Counted from the whole stretch's first letter, positions 1 through 11,952 are shown. The stretch: 48,850 nucleotides of DNA, filler included, from Basidiobolus ranarum (GCA_040143965.1; 2 parts of 2 records of this genome joined end to end with filler, not necessarily neighbours in it), one strand, 5' to 3'. Numbers and translations are program-made. The notes: generated by a model not told the origin, from the letters alone.

Positions 1-1
1 C

Positions 2-1936
2 ACAAGTGACTCTCAAATACCAACTGGCGAAAGTACAACTTCCACTAGTGCCACACCATCATCCACTACTGCGACCGATTCTCAAGTGCCTACCGAGTCT
101 ACCAGTGAAGAGAGTATATCTGGCACTAGTAACTCTTTTACCACTGGCTCCGTAACATCCACTAGTACAAATGACTCACAAATGCCAGTCGAGTCTACGA
201 ACGAGGAAAGTACAACACTCACTAGCATCTCATATCCCGTGAGTTCTACAACAATCACTATATCTAGTGAGTCTCAAATGCCAACCGAGCCCACGAAGGA
301 GGGAAGCATAACTCTCACTAGCACCTCTGATTCTATAGGCTCTACAACATCTACTATTTCTAGTCATTCTCAAATACCAACCTGTTCTAACAACGAGGAA
401 GGTACAACTCCTACTTGCAACACTCATACCAGCGAGGAAAGCACAACACTCATTAGTAACACAGTGAGCTCTGCGCCATCCACTACTGCTTGTGATTCCG
501 ATAGTGGTATCGATCCTACCAGTTCTGCAACAACTACTATTATGTATCCCTCACAATTACCGACCGAGTCCATCAGTGAGGAGATAACCACTCTCGCTAG
601 TAGTTCGGACCCCATAGTCTCTACAACATCCACTACCTCTAGTCAATCACTAAGTTCGACTAATGAAAGCACAACTCTCGATGACAACACCGAATGTACG
701 AACGCATCAACATTCACGACTACAACTTACTCACAATCACCTACACAGTTCATTAGTAATACCGATTTCACCCACACCACAGCAGCCACCACCACTAGCG
801 AGTCGCAAATTCCACATGAATCCACCGACCAGGAGGGTACCGCTGAGGAAAGACCAACTTGCACTAGCCATTCAGACTCTATGGGACAGCAAACAACTGG
901 TGGAGGTTGTGTAAAGCCGACGACAACTGCCAGCGATAGTCAAATAACAAGCACAAATATTCCTGCGCCCACTGATGGGGAAAGCCTACCTGATAGCAGT
1001 AGCTGTGAATCTATCTATTCATCAACAACTTCCACTGTGTCTCAACAATGTACCAAATCCTCAGATGAAGAAAGTTTAACTGGATCAGGCACATCTACTG
1101 AGGTTAGCAAATCTCATCAGTACATCTCGTCTACCGCAGGGCAACAGAGTGGATCTTCAGATATTTCTACCACTCCTGAGTCTACTTGCATGCCCACTTC
1201 AACTGCTGTGATTTCAACGGCTTCGGAGCCTCATGTACAACCAACGCAATCATCGCAAGTAAATGGATCTAATCATTCCACTGAAGAGCAAAAGGAAACC
1301 GTAACAATCACTGCATCTGATCTGCCTCTAAGGCCTACACAGTGTACCGACAATAGTATTTCTAATGAATCTACTGTCGAGGAGATGACATCTTTGACCA
1401 CTGCTGTTGTTACAGAGACTCATGTGAGTGAGAAGCCTACACCAACAGATACATGTATTCAACCTGCTCATAGCTTCGTCACCACTGTCACATACCCTGT
1501 TACAACCTACAAGACTGTTGAGTTCACATTCACCACTAATAATAATGTGTCTAATGACTGCCTCACTGACTCTACTACCAAACATGTGACAACATCCCGA
1601 TCAGCATCGACTAAAACGTGTACTACGAAAGCAAGCACTGTTAGTGCACATACTGATAACACTTTGTGTACTCCTGTAACCGTTACAGCAGCCCCGGTCA
1701 CAATTATGGCACCACCTGTTACCGTAACTATTACCTCTACAATATCCACTTCTCAACTGGTGGACGAACCTCAGGGTACAGATAAACTTTGTCAGAATGG
1801 TGTCTATAAATGTATTCACGCTGGATTCTCACCTAAATTCACACTTTGCTCTCATGGTAAGTTAGAGGAATACATTTGCTCAGCAGGCACCGTATGTAAA
1901 CCTTTAGGACAATCCATCGTATGCGACTGGCCATAG
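2..1936 (+). CDS. 5'-partial Ser/Thr-rich mucin-like protein with C-terminal Cys-rich chitin-binding (CBM19-like) domain; possibly the tail of a chitinase or cell-wall enzyme
   Basis: Frame is open from base 2. S/T-rich with degenerate 96-bp repeats (SQ[M/I/V]P motif at ~77, 173, 269, 365). Ends CQNGVYKC...FTLCSHG...CSAGTVC...IVCDWP, the pattern of fungal CBM19 tails. Confidence 0.75.
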   Translation, partial: TSDSQIPTGESTTSTSATPSSTTATDSQVPTESTSEESISGTSNSFTTGSVTSTSTNDSQMPVESTNEESTTLTSISYPVSSTTITISSESQMPTEPTKEGSITLTSTSDSIGSTTSTISSHSQIPTCSNNEEGTTPTCNTHTSEESTTLISNTVSSAPSTTACDSDSGIDPTSSATTTIMYPSQLPTESISEEITTLASSSDPIVSTTSTTSSQSLSSTNESTTLDDNTECTNASTFTTTTYSQSPTQFISNTDFTHTTAATTTSESQIPHESTDQEGTAEERPTCTSHSDSMGQQTTGGGCVKPTTTASDSQITSTNIPAPTDGESLPDSSSCESIYSSTTSTVSQQCTKSSDEESLTGSGTSTEVSKSHQYISSTAGQQSGSSDISTTPESTCMPTSTAVISTASEPHVQPTQSSQVNGSNHSTEEQKETVTITASDLPLRPTQCTDNSISNESTVEEMTSLTTAVVTETHVSEKPTPTDTCIQPAHSFVTTVTYPVTTYKTVEFTFTTNNNVSNDCLTDSTTKHVTTSRSASTKTCTTKASTVSAHTDNTLCTPVTVTAAPVTIMAPPVTVTITSTISTSQLVDEPQGTDKLCQNGVYKCIHAGFSPKFTLCSHGKLEEYICSAGTVCKPLGQSIVCDWP

Positions 1937-2419
1937 TTGAAATATATACTTTTATCAATGTGTAAATTCCAACTTACATATAGCTACCATCATTTAAAAT
2001 TAACCCCTCTATTCCACAAAAACTCTGGACCACAATACTCTGATTGAATTTGCATAACAAAACTATAAATAAAAATCATCAATCTGGTATTTGTTCATTG
2101 GACTCCAAGCTATTATATGAAAACGTACTATCTTGCGACCATATTAAAGGATTATATATATAATGTGGTATTCTTCCTCAGATATTTAAACAATAGTACT
2201 GAGCTGTATAGGGCATCGAGAGTGTATTCGATAAACTTTTACAAATGGTCTGATTTAAATAGTAGTAGCACATAGCAATAATAAAACGTTACTTCATGTC
2301 TGTTGAAGATGTATCACACATAGAGAACTATTCATTATCAAATACAATACAAATACAAAGTATTCTTAGTTAAATATTGTTTTATTTATTCAAAGATCGA
2401 TGTATGTACACTAAACTCT

Positions 2420-3923
2420 CTATTTCTTGGCTTCTTTCGTAGCATCTTTGGTCTTATCCTGAACAACGTCTTCACTTTCAGATTTGACTTCCTCAGTAAG
2501 ATTTTTGATCTCTGACAATTTCTTCTCTAACAATTCTTTTCCTTCCTTGATCGTATCCTTTCCAACTCCTTTATCCGCAATCTTCTTGATTTCGGTGTAA
2601 GTATCAGAGATGATTTTAGATGCCTCTGGTCCCTTCTTTTCTGCCAAAGTCTTCATCTCCTTTACTCCTTCATCGACTATTTTCTTCAGTTCGGGGGCCT
2701 TCTGAAGCACGGGATTTGCTAATTCTTGCGCTTTATTCCAAGTTTGCTCTCCCACCTTTCCTTTAAGATCTTTTAGCTCCGATAACTTGTCTTCAACAAG
2801 AGTTTTAGCCTCCTTAATAGTGTCCTCATTAATTCCCTTTTCGGAGATTTTCTTTAATTGAGACATAAGATCTTCAGCCATTTCTTTTACTTGTGGTCCG
2901 TGCTCTTTAGCAGCTCCTGAGAACACATCAGTTGCTTGTTCAAGCTTCTTCTTCACATCTGGCATTTTATCAAGGAATGGCCCAGCTAGTAGAATACCTT
3001 TATCCCAGGCTACGTCCCCGGCCTTACCAACAAGTTTTTTGGCATCCTCCATATTGTCCTTGATTAATTCGGTGATTTCGCTGACAGTATTTTCATTCAT
3101 GCCTTCATCAAGGGTCTTCTTAATTTGAGAATATGTTTTGGAAACAATTTTTTGTACATCTTCACCGCCCTTTCCACTGAGTGATTTCAACTCCTCGAGA
3201 CTTCCTCCGACTGCATCCTTTACCTGAGGGAAAGCATTCAAGAACTCATCACTAACATCTCCAGCTATATCTTTGACTAATTCCTGAAGGCGAGTAGCCT
3301 TCTGTTTGATAAGCTCGGTGACTTTCTTAGTGGATTCTTCATCCCATCCATTTGCGGTGATTTTAGAAACTTCCTGGGTCGTTTCATCCCAAAGTTTCTT
3401 GATTTCCGGGCCATGATTATCTTCCAACTTTTGAAGTTGATCCAATAAAGTTTGTGCACCTGGAATGGACATCAGAAGAGGAGTAGATAGATTTTTAACT
3501 GTATTCACAATCACTCCTGGTGGTGGTGTTTTGGCCTCAATATTTTGAATGGTTTGTATGGCTGATTGAGCTTTGCCTACGACATCTTTGGCACCGGAAA
3601 AGTGATACCATCCATAACCTGTAAATATAAAATATTAGAAGGAGTTACAAAAGGAAGATTTGAGATTGAAGAAGTTCCTACCTCCGATTACGACGACACT
3701 TCCACCGGCGAGACCAGAGAGAATATGGCTTACGTTGCTTGCAGTTGGAGGAGTAGTTTGCTTAATTTGTCCCGATGAGATGTTAATATTTTGTAGACAG
3801 CAACTTTGTTCAATCATTCGAACTTACCGAAATGAAACGTCTGGCACTTGGTGTAGACATACGGCCTGTGATGGCGGAAGAGGCTTTGGCTAATGAACGG
3901 GTCATGGAAATTGAACGGTACAT
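2420..3923 (-). CDS. LEA/apolipophorin-like amphipathic helical-repeat protein with putative mitochondrial presequence and one TM segment (3 exons)
   Basis: ATG at 3923 (MYRSISMTRSLAKASSAITGRMSTPSARRFIS), GTAAGT intron, exon ...HILSGLAGGSVVVIG, second intron, then GYGWYHFSGAK running into the 2420-3514 ORF with four K/E-rich ~85-aa repeats (HGPEIKK/GGEDVQK/HGPQVKE/KGPEASK). Confidence 0.75.
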
Positions 3924-4001
3924 TTTTATGAGGTAGTTATAAGGGAAAGTATACAAGGTATGCAATGGAAAGTGATAGTTGATATGAAGAATGTATCTGT
4001 C

Positions 4002-4048
4002 GAGGTGACTTATATATCAGTAGAGGTGACTTATATATCAGTAGAGGT
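4002..4048. repeat. 21-bp tandem duplication containing a TATA-like box (TATATAAG on minus strand) upstream of the LEA-like gene
   Basis: GAGGTGACTTATATATCAGTA x2 followed by GAGGT. Confidence 0.85.
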
Positions 4049-4617
4049 GTGTATGATGTGGCCTGTAACGCTGAGTTGAAATGAAGATATCTACCCAAAT
4101 TAAAAGTTATGTCATTTCCTTGCCTTTAGTTGTGACGTTATTATCAATGAGATAATGTAATATTTTCTAAATCAGTTACCGATCAAACTTAGAGTGATAC
4201 AAGGTGGTCTATTCCATATATGAATAGAGTTACGTATCATATACGAACAACCTGTTTAATAAGTAACGGCCATCAACTTACATGGTATTGTAATCTGCTT
4301 CGCGTAACTAAGCAACCCTATTGGTGGAGATTCCGTATATATAAGCAGTGTCAATTGTGCCTTAATCATGTGACTTGCGGGGAAATACATTGTAGATCGA
4401 GAATTATTCCGAGGTTTCGTATAAGTCAAGATGGAAATAAAACCCACTACACTGAAAAGGGATAAGGAATGAAATACGATTGTTTGTAAATAAGAGTGCT
4501 CGTATAAATAAGGTTAAACCATAAACTTTACTGACCATTCCTCATCTCAAAAAAAAAACCCCCTCTGTAACCCCTTAGAAACCTCTAATCCAACTAAAAA
4601 CTATCAAGTTAAAGAGA

Positions 4618-5139
4618 ATGGTAAGTTTCGGTTAGTTTCTTTTTCACTAAGAAAAGTGTTAACTGCTTTACTCTGATGGGGAAATGTAGGCTGATCAATT
4701 AACAAAGGAACAATATGCCGAGTGTAAAGAAGCGTTCAGTCAAATTGACTACGATAACTCTGGCTTTATCGATAGAAATAAACTTTACAAAACAATGAAA
4801 TCCCTGGGACAATCGCCAACTGAAGAGGACTTAACACGTATGATATCTGAGGCCGACGCAACCGGTGACGGAGTGATAGATTTCCACGAATTCATGAATA
4901 TGGCAGTGAGCAAGATGAAAAAGCATCGAGGTAACATGATGAAAATGCGGGATGCGTTCCTATCTTTCGATAAGGATGGGGATGGAGTCATCGATCCCCA
5001 AGAGTTGAAGAGTGTATTGGAACACTATGGCGAGCATATCGATGACGATGAGATTCAACGAATGTTTAACGAAGTAGATATTGATGGGAATGGCTATATT
5101 GAATTCGACGAATTCGTGAAGCTGATGAAGTCTCTGTAA
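4618..5139 (+). CDS. Calmodulin-like 4-EF-hand protein (divergent paralog)
   Basis: ATG-only first exon (4618-4620), intron GTAAGT..TAG 4621-4689, then ADQLTKEQYAECKEAF. EF loops: DYDNSGFIDRNK, DATGDGVIDFHE, DKDGDGVIDPQE, DIDGNGYIEFDE. Confidence 0.9.
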
Positions 5140-5441
5140 GTATTGTTGTGTAGACTCTGTATCACCTATTACTTGATGGTTGTATTTTCTTATCCTGTGG
5201 CTTGAATATCACGTTACGAACAACCTTTAATTTTGTTTGAAGAGGACCTTGATGGCGTTGTAATTATGGGAACTGTTTAGATTTAATAACACGTATATAA
5301 CACAGCAATCAACTCAGAACTATACAAAATAGAACATAATAAAGCCAGGATTCTATATATCCGCAACAAATGTACATATCAATCGAGAATTGAATGATGT
5401 CTTAACGGAGTATTATCAAGTCTTCTAGATCGGGGCTCTAT

Positions 5442-5846
5442 CTAGTTCGCTGTGGCAGTTTTTTGGATCCACTGATCAGAAGAAAAGATCAATGAAACTG
5501 CTCCAGCAATCGATCCTTTTCTTTTTTGTAGATGAACTGGATACTTGAGCTGATGTTCTGATCTATTCTGTCTTTCCATGTCTAGCCCATTCTCCGCCTC
5601 CGCTTCTTCATCTTCAAGCTGAGGAAATGATACATAGGAAGATTCAGGTCGCTTCCTATTTGCTAAATCCTCGTCTTCCGGAGTCAACCTTAACATAGTA
5701 GCCACCAACGAATTACGCTTGCCAAGAGATCGATCAGCTGCAACCACACTAGTGGTATCACACAGTTGTACGGAGCCGCGACGCATTGGCACCCAAAATT
5801 CCCCCTGATAATCCACCGAAGTTTTACGTACGTGGTTGGTATTCAT
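5442..5846 (-). CDS. Hypothetical protein, 134 aa
   Basis: Intronless ATG-initiated ORF with protein-like composition (RRGS/RKGS basic-Ser motifs, SYVSFP). No family recognised. Confidence 0.55.
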   Translation of the reverse strand: MNTNHVRKTSVDYQGEFWVPMRRGSVQLCDTTSVVAADRSLGKRNSLVATMLRLTPEDEDLANRKRPESSYVSFPQLEDEEAEAENGLDMERQNRSEHQLKYPVHLQKRKGSIAGAVSLIFSSDQWIQKTATAN

Positions 5847-7048
5847 TTGGATATGTCAAGCAAACGAATAAGGGAAATGGAATGTTTAGGGAATATTCGC
5901 TAAAAAACGCTTCTGTTTACGAGATAACGAAATATTGGAGCAGTTTAGATGTGCGATACTATATTCTTCTGATTGATTGTTTTTTTACTGAACGCGTATC
6001 TACTAAACCCGTTTAACGAAGATTAATGAGTCTTGATTGATAAAGTGGAGGCTTATTAGAAGGTGAAGATCAAAGTTAAAGTAAGGTGATTGAGTGTAGT
6101 GATTCTTTTTCTGTTCTCTCCGTTTCTATAGTGGTTTAAAAGTTTAATTAGTGAATGTCAAGACACAAACAAATAGCCTGGAATAAGCGATCAATTTAAT
6201 GGCTAGCCAGGAGAATCGATAGAAGCAGCGAAAGTATCTTGTATTTATAGCGAATTGATAGTCACAAGCTTTTAAAAGATGAGCATTTATCCACTTTGTT
6301 TGCCACACCATTAGAATACCTCAGTACATGCATACACATGCCTTTCTATTTTACCAAGAAAATCTCCTAATCAGCCTCTTCTGACCGCTTGTTATGTAAC
6401 ATGAAATGACCCCTTTTCTTACTTTCGTTTGGTGGCTACGTACAGAACATTTGTCTCAACAAAAGTATTATTTGATCAAACACATGGGCAACACCTGAGT
6501 ATGCATCAGTTCCTAGAAACAGATGGAAATAATGGAGAATTTAGCAGTATGCGTGTTCTATGCGACATATATGAGACAACTCTGATTATCTCGTATTAGC
6601 TTCTCATATCATCAAGTCTGTCGAGCAAAATATTTACTGACATATTCCTCACATCTGATGGATTTAGACTATTCATTTATGAAGAAATATGTAGAATTTA
6701 ACATCGGTCTTAATGTAGCACGTAGGATTACTGATGGTTCCGCGTAGCCGAAGAAGAGGAGGTGAAGTTGTTACGAATATAAGTATCGAACACCAATTGA
6801 ATCCCATCACGAAACAGATATCAATCAATGGTGGGAATGTTGAGTAAGGTAGTGGCTGAAGGAGAAAAATGAATCCTCGAAGTTTGAAACTTAAAGAAGT
6901 AAAGAAATAAGCGAGAGAAAGTCGGGATAAATAAGCACTCTTTATCGGTAACAAAAGAAAGGGAATGATCGACATAAACATAATATATAAGTAGGAACTA
7001 CTAAATAAAATAGGACACGGACACTACGGGTAAAACTAGCGGTTAGCT

Positions 7049-8240
7049 TTAACATGCGCATCCGCTAGTGTCATTATTCTGGGTCAGATCAACCCCTTGT
7101 CTTTGGTTCATTCCGTTGCGGTTACGAGCGGAAGTGATTTGCTCCAATGGTAACTTTCTGGCTATAAAGTAGAAAAAGCAAGCTCATTAATGTCAACATC
7201 GGCGTAACGAGTTCAATCATTGGGATAATTTACCAAGAGCTGTGAAAAGGTCATTGACATTCTGTGCAGTTTTGGCTGAGGTCTCAAAGAACAACAACCC
7301 TGCTTCATCAGCATAGGCTTGAGCTTCCTAAATGTTTTTAGGAAAAGTCAGTATCATGCGCTGCTATTTGTCGATTGATATGATTGGGTACCTCAGTAGG
7401 AATTGCGCGACGAGAAACTAAATCACTTTTGTTTCCAGCAAGAGCAATCACGATATTAGGATCAGCCTGTCTTTGCAACTCCTTAATCCAAGACTTGGCT
7501 TTATCCAGCGATGCCTACAACAATACGTCTGAATGAGTTTCTTTCGGTATATACTGAAGATTACAAAATGAACATACAGGTTGGGTAATATCGTATACGA
7601 CTACAGCGCAATTAGCGTTGCGGTAGTACATGGGGGCTAAGCTCTGAGTAAAAATATAACAGTTAGTGAATCATACGTGAGTATGGGATTCAGTTATGTA
7701 TTATATATGCCTTGTATCTCTCTTGACCAGCGGTATCCCTAGGAGTAATAAATCAGCCAAAGTTACGTAAATGAACCACTTCTTATTAAGAACTTACCAT
7801 ATTTCAAATTTGACAGTAGTGTTATCATCAAGGGAAATTGTTTGTGTGAGAAAAGCAGCTAATCAGCAAATTAGTAACTTTGTAAAAGAGGAAATGCCTG
7901 TAAACGAGAAGAATTGACTTCTCTCATCAGTTTAATTTACCTCCAATAGTACTTTCTCTATAATCGTCGAATTGGTCTTTTACAAAACGAAGAACCAAAC
8001 TAAAGCATTCAAGAAATTGGTAAATAAACTAAGTGGGGATGATGGATATCAACTGAAATTCTTTTAGATGCCTTGATTTTCCTACAGCTGACTCTCCTAA
8101 TAAACAAGATTTGTTTAGTACATGATATGAGATCGCTATCTGGAAACAGAAACAAAGAGAAACATACCGAGAAGAACTAATTTGAACTGATGCAATTTTG
8201 AAGAGCTCTGGCTCGCCGCTTGTCTTGTTTGTGCAGACAT
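7049..8240 (-). CDS. Rab5-family small GTPase (Ypt5/Vps21-like), 9 exons
   Basis: Spliced product: MSAQTRQ...[41 protein letters not shown]...[20 protein letters not shown]...[21 protein letters not shown]...ETSAKT...SGCAC* (CxC prenylation site). Confidence 0.95.
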
Positions 8241-9798
8241 GTTTACCGTTCAAAAAATAAAACAATTATCAAAGTCTAAAATAAATAAATGGGTTAACCA
8301 CCGTTAAGATGAACAGCAGAAACATTGGTATCTGATGATGAACAAAATACATCAAACTGGTTCAAGATGATAATAGTTACAGAGAAAAACGATACGCAAC
8401 TTGGTACTCTTTAGGTGCTACTAGGCAAATGATAGTGAATAGTCAAGCTTGAGTACAAAGAAAATGCTGATTAATTGAAAGTATGCGTAATAAGAATAAG
8501 AGGGAGAGGGGTGAACGCTTGGAAAAAGCACAAAATCCGATCCGAGTAGGCCAACCAAGCAATACAACTTCACTCAATAAAAATGATCATTTGAGGAATG
8601 AATGATTTAATTGGATTTTTTAAAGTAGGAATCAATATAGTTCTTGGATATCATCTAGACATGCATCTCTAGCTTGAACGGCAATGGATTCAATCAAATG
8701 TATGCATCATCCTCATTTCACATGACAAACTCAAGTACGTCATAGTATAGCTAATCACCAATAAGTATTTCAACCACGGTTACCAGCATTGAAAGCAAGT
8801 TGAGGTAGGAAACAGCGGATAACTGTCCATAGTCTATATCTTAACCGCCCATAGTCTATTCATAACCATCATTGTCTAGAAATAGTAGACATGTGGCATA
8901 TACAACCCAAGTATTTGGACCACACGACGTTGAAAGACTTCCTTCTAATTATAAATATACAGATACTCACTTTACATTTGTTACTTTTCAATAGGCGGGA
9001 TATGGAATAACTCGATTGACAAGGGTATATATAGCAGGGGTGTATTAGATCTATATAAGCCTTATTCTCGCTTCTTACAACTTCCTCGATCTCACTTTCA
9101 TCGATTAGCATCAGGTAAATTGGAATCCTAGTATTCACACCCGAAGTATATATAACTAAATTATATTTTTATTAGATGAGAGATAAGTGGAAGAAGAAGA
9201 GACAGAGACGTCTCAAGCGTAAAAGAAGAAAGATGAGAGCCAGATCCAAATAAACTGATCGGACCCGACCTCGGACCCATCTCGCTCTCTAGGCTGTAGA
9301 GAATCTTGCCGCTTGCCGGAAATTTTCATTGTTATTGGATTTTGATCCTTGCCTCTACGAGGATTATTTTCTTGTACCAAAATATGGTCTTTAAACATAA
9401 ATAAAATTAGCTACTTCGTAACTAAAACACTCGTTTCTCTTAACTTATATTATCAAATATGCAAAAGTCAGTATGAAAGAGGGGAACGAAAACCGCATGC
9501 ACATGTTACATGTTCACCTTTATGCTACAAGCAATGTACAGAAATTTCAAAGGTTCTTCACTCATTTCCACAGTCTATGCCAACTTCTCAAATCTGAATT
9601 GCAGTTATAGAGAATTGCTATATGTTTGCTTAAAACTTTTCGAACAAAAAATCATAAAATTTTGTTGACGAATTGACCAATCATTTGATTTAGATTCAGA
9701 ATTCCAGACAAGGTCGAATAAATGAGACTTCAGTTGCTTTATAGAATCCCTCTTCCTCTTTCAGGTGTGCATCGATTACTCGAATCCTTACAAGCATC

Positions 9799-10518
9799 AT
9801 GGGTAGAGTAAGTATTTCATGTCTACTTTCACGTTTGCTGTAAATGCTGTGAGCAGGTTTATTTCGCATGGATATTGAAGTATAATTAATACGCGACAAA
9901 TTCTTTAAACCTATCGGCCCAACTATAGCATTACATCCATCTAAATTCTCATTAGAAATTGCATGCACTCCTCTCTAATACGTTTTTATCTTCTAGTTGC
10001 ACGAATATCAAATCATTGGCCGTAAGCTTCCTTCCGAAAAGGAGCCTGTCCCCAGACTCTTCCGTATGAGAATCTTCGCTCCCAATGAAGTTGTCGCCAA
10101 GAGCCGTTTCTGGTACTTCTTGACTAAGCTCAAGAAGGTCAAGAAGGCCGCTGGTGAGATCGTTTCTTTGAACGAAATCTTCGAGAAGAACCCCTTGAAG
10201 ATCAAGACCTTCGGTATCTGGCTTCGTTATGATTCCCGTTCCGGTACTCACAACATGTACAAGGAATACCGTGAATTGACCCGTAACGATGCCGTTGAAG
10301 CCTGTTATCAAGATATGGCTGCTCGTCACCGTGCCCGTTTCAGATCTATTCAAATTATCCGTGTTGCTGAAGTTGCTAACGCTGATGTTCGTCGTCCTTA
10401 CATCAAGCAACTTATGGTGCCTAAGCTTCGCTTCCCTCTTCCCCACCGTGTTGCTCGCCCTGCTGACAAGGCTAACCGTAGCCTCTTCATTGCTAAGCGT
10501 CCTTCTACCTTCTACTAA
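9799..10518 (+). CDS. RPL20: 60S ribosomal protein eL20 (L18a)
   Basis: Exon 1 ATGGGTAGA, intron 9808-9996, then [12 protein letters not shown]...[16 protein letters not shown]...[16 protein letters not shown]...RPSTFY. Strong codon bias. Confidence 0.97.
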
Positions 10519-10915
10519 ATGCTTGTTTAGCTGGTTGGTGTGAATATCAATGTTTACATTTTGCTTGCCAATAAAAATACGTTGAATTATTGAAGTATGA
10601 GTCAATTGCGATATATATCGAACCACTGAAGTTACCTCCATGCCAAGGATATGACTTTCCACTTGTACACATTATTTTCAAAATGTCATTAGATTAGCGT
10701 GGTTGTATTTGGCATAAGTTGAATTATACAAAATCTTGGATATTGGCCTTGGATATTAGCCAATATGGAAAATCAATTCCCCTGTTGCTTGAATACTGAC
10801 AGCATCGCGTTTGCGTCATCCAATATTTGAATATAAAAAGTATTCACAGCCCTTATAACGTCTACTTAAATAGCAGTTATTTTGGGTTGTATCTTAAATC
10901 TTCTGTACTATAGAC

Positions 10916-11677
10916 ATGGCTACCGGTCCTATTATTTACAGCTTTCCTAACGTTTCTGAGGTTTCCGTTGCTTTAGCTCAGTATGTCGCTAAAGCTTCTG
11001 CTGAAGCAATCCAACGTCATGGCCGTTTTACTGTTGCCCTATCCGGCGGTTCACTTCCAAATACCTTGGCCGCCGTGTTGAAGGACGATCCCTCTGTACA
11101 ATGGAGTAAATGGCACGTTTTCTTTGCTGATGAACGTTGCGTTCCCTTGGACCACGAAGACTCGAACTATTTACTTGCCAAGAGAGAATTATTCGATCAC
11201 GTAAGCATTCCTGACGCACAGATCTACACCATCAACAACTCTTTAGTGAATGATGTGGAGAAGGCCAGTGATGACTACCAAGATACCTTACGCAAGGTAT
11301 TTGCCTCGAAGACCGAAGTTATGTTCCCAGTATTCGATTTGATTCTTTTAGGTATCGGACCAGACGGACATACCTGTTCCCTTTTCCCAGGTCATCCTCT
11401 CCTTCAAGAGCAATACGAATGGGTTGCTCCTATCGAAGACTCCCCTAAGCCACCACCAAGACGTATCACCTTGACCCTTCCAGTACTTAACCATTGTCAT
11501 GCTGCCGTCTTCGTTGTTACCGGTGGTAATAAGAAGGATATCGTTCCACAGATCCTTGAACAAGAGTCCCACCTACCCGCTCAGTTGGTGAAACCTACTC
11601 ATGGTCAAGTCTTTTGGTTCTTTGATGATGATGCTTGCGCTAATTTAAAGGTGAAGCCACAACAATTCAAACTTTAA
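10916..11677 (+). CDS. 6-phosphogluconolactonase (SOL/PGLS family)
   Basis: Motifs ALSGGSLP, FFADERCVP, LLGIGPDGHTCSLFPGH, DSPKPPPRRITLTLP. Confidence 0.95.
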   Translation: MATGPIIYSFPNVSEVSVALAQYVAKASAEAIQRHGRFTVALSGGSLPNTLAAVLKDDPSVQWSKWHVFFADERCVPLDHEDSNYLLAKRELFDHVSIPDAQIYTINNSLVNDVEKASDDYQDTLRKVFASKTEVMFPVFDLILLGIGPDGHTCSLFPGHPLLQEQYEWVAPIEDSPKPPPRRITLTLPVLNHCHAAVFVVTGGNKKDIVPQILEQESHLPAQLVKPTHGQVFWFFDDDACANLKVKPQQFKL

Positions 11678-11952
11678 TCATGTGCACCTAGAGCCTCAAT
11701 CCTGTATCTACTTAATGATAGAATTTTTAGCATACAACAAATCCCATCTTCCCATCATCATTTGATAGCTTAAAGAACGGGGATAATAAACAACCAAGAC
11801 ATGATCAAAATTATCTGAATTCCAAATGATATGGTAGTCGAGATTTCCAAAGTATGTTTATTGTTTCATGAATAATTACAGCTTGAATGGTATGCAAATT
11901 GAAAGGGGAAAAATAAGATAGAATCACTTCCAAAAGTTAACCAGAATATTAG

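Noticed and set aside
6086-6118. U2-like GAGTGTAGT...CTGTTCT
   Set aside because: Spacing is wrong and the U2 5' stem and Sm site are absent.
8820-8860. 22-bp-period direct repeat (TAAC.G.CCATAGTCTAT x2)
   Set aside because: Only two short copies in intergenic or UTR sequence, with no further structure.
9952-10662. 236-aa minus-strand ORF and other antisense ORFs over ACS, DNMT1, TAF7 and the mucin-like gene
   Set aside because: They are antisense shadows of codon-biased real genes and contain no recognisable motifs.
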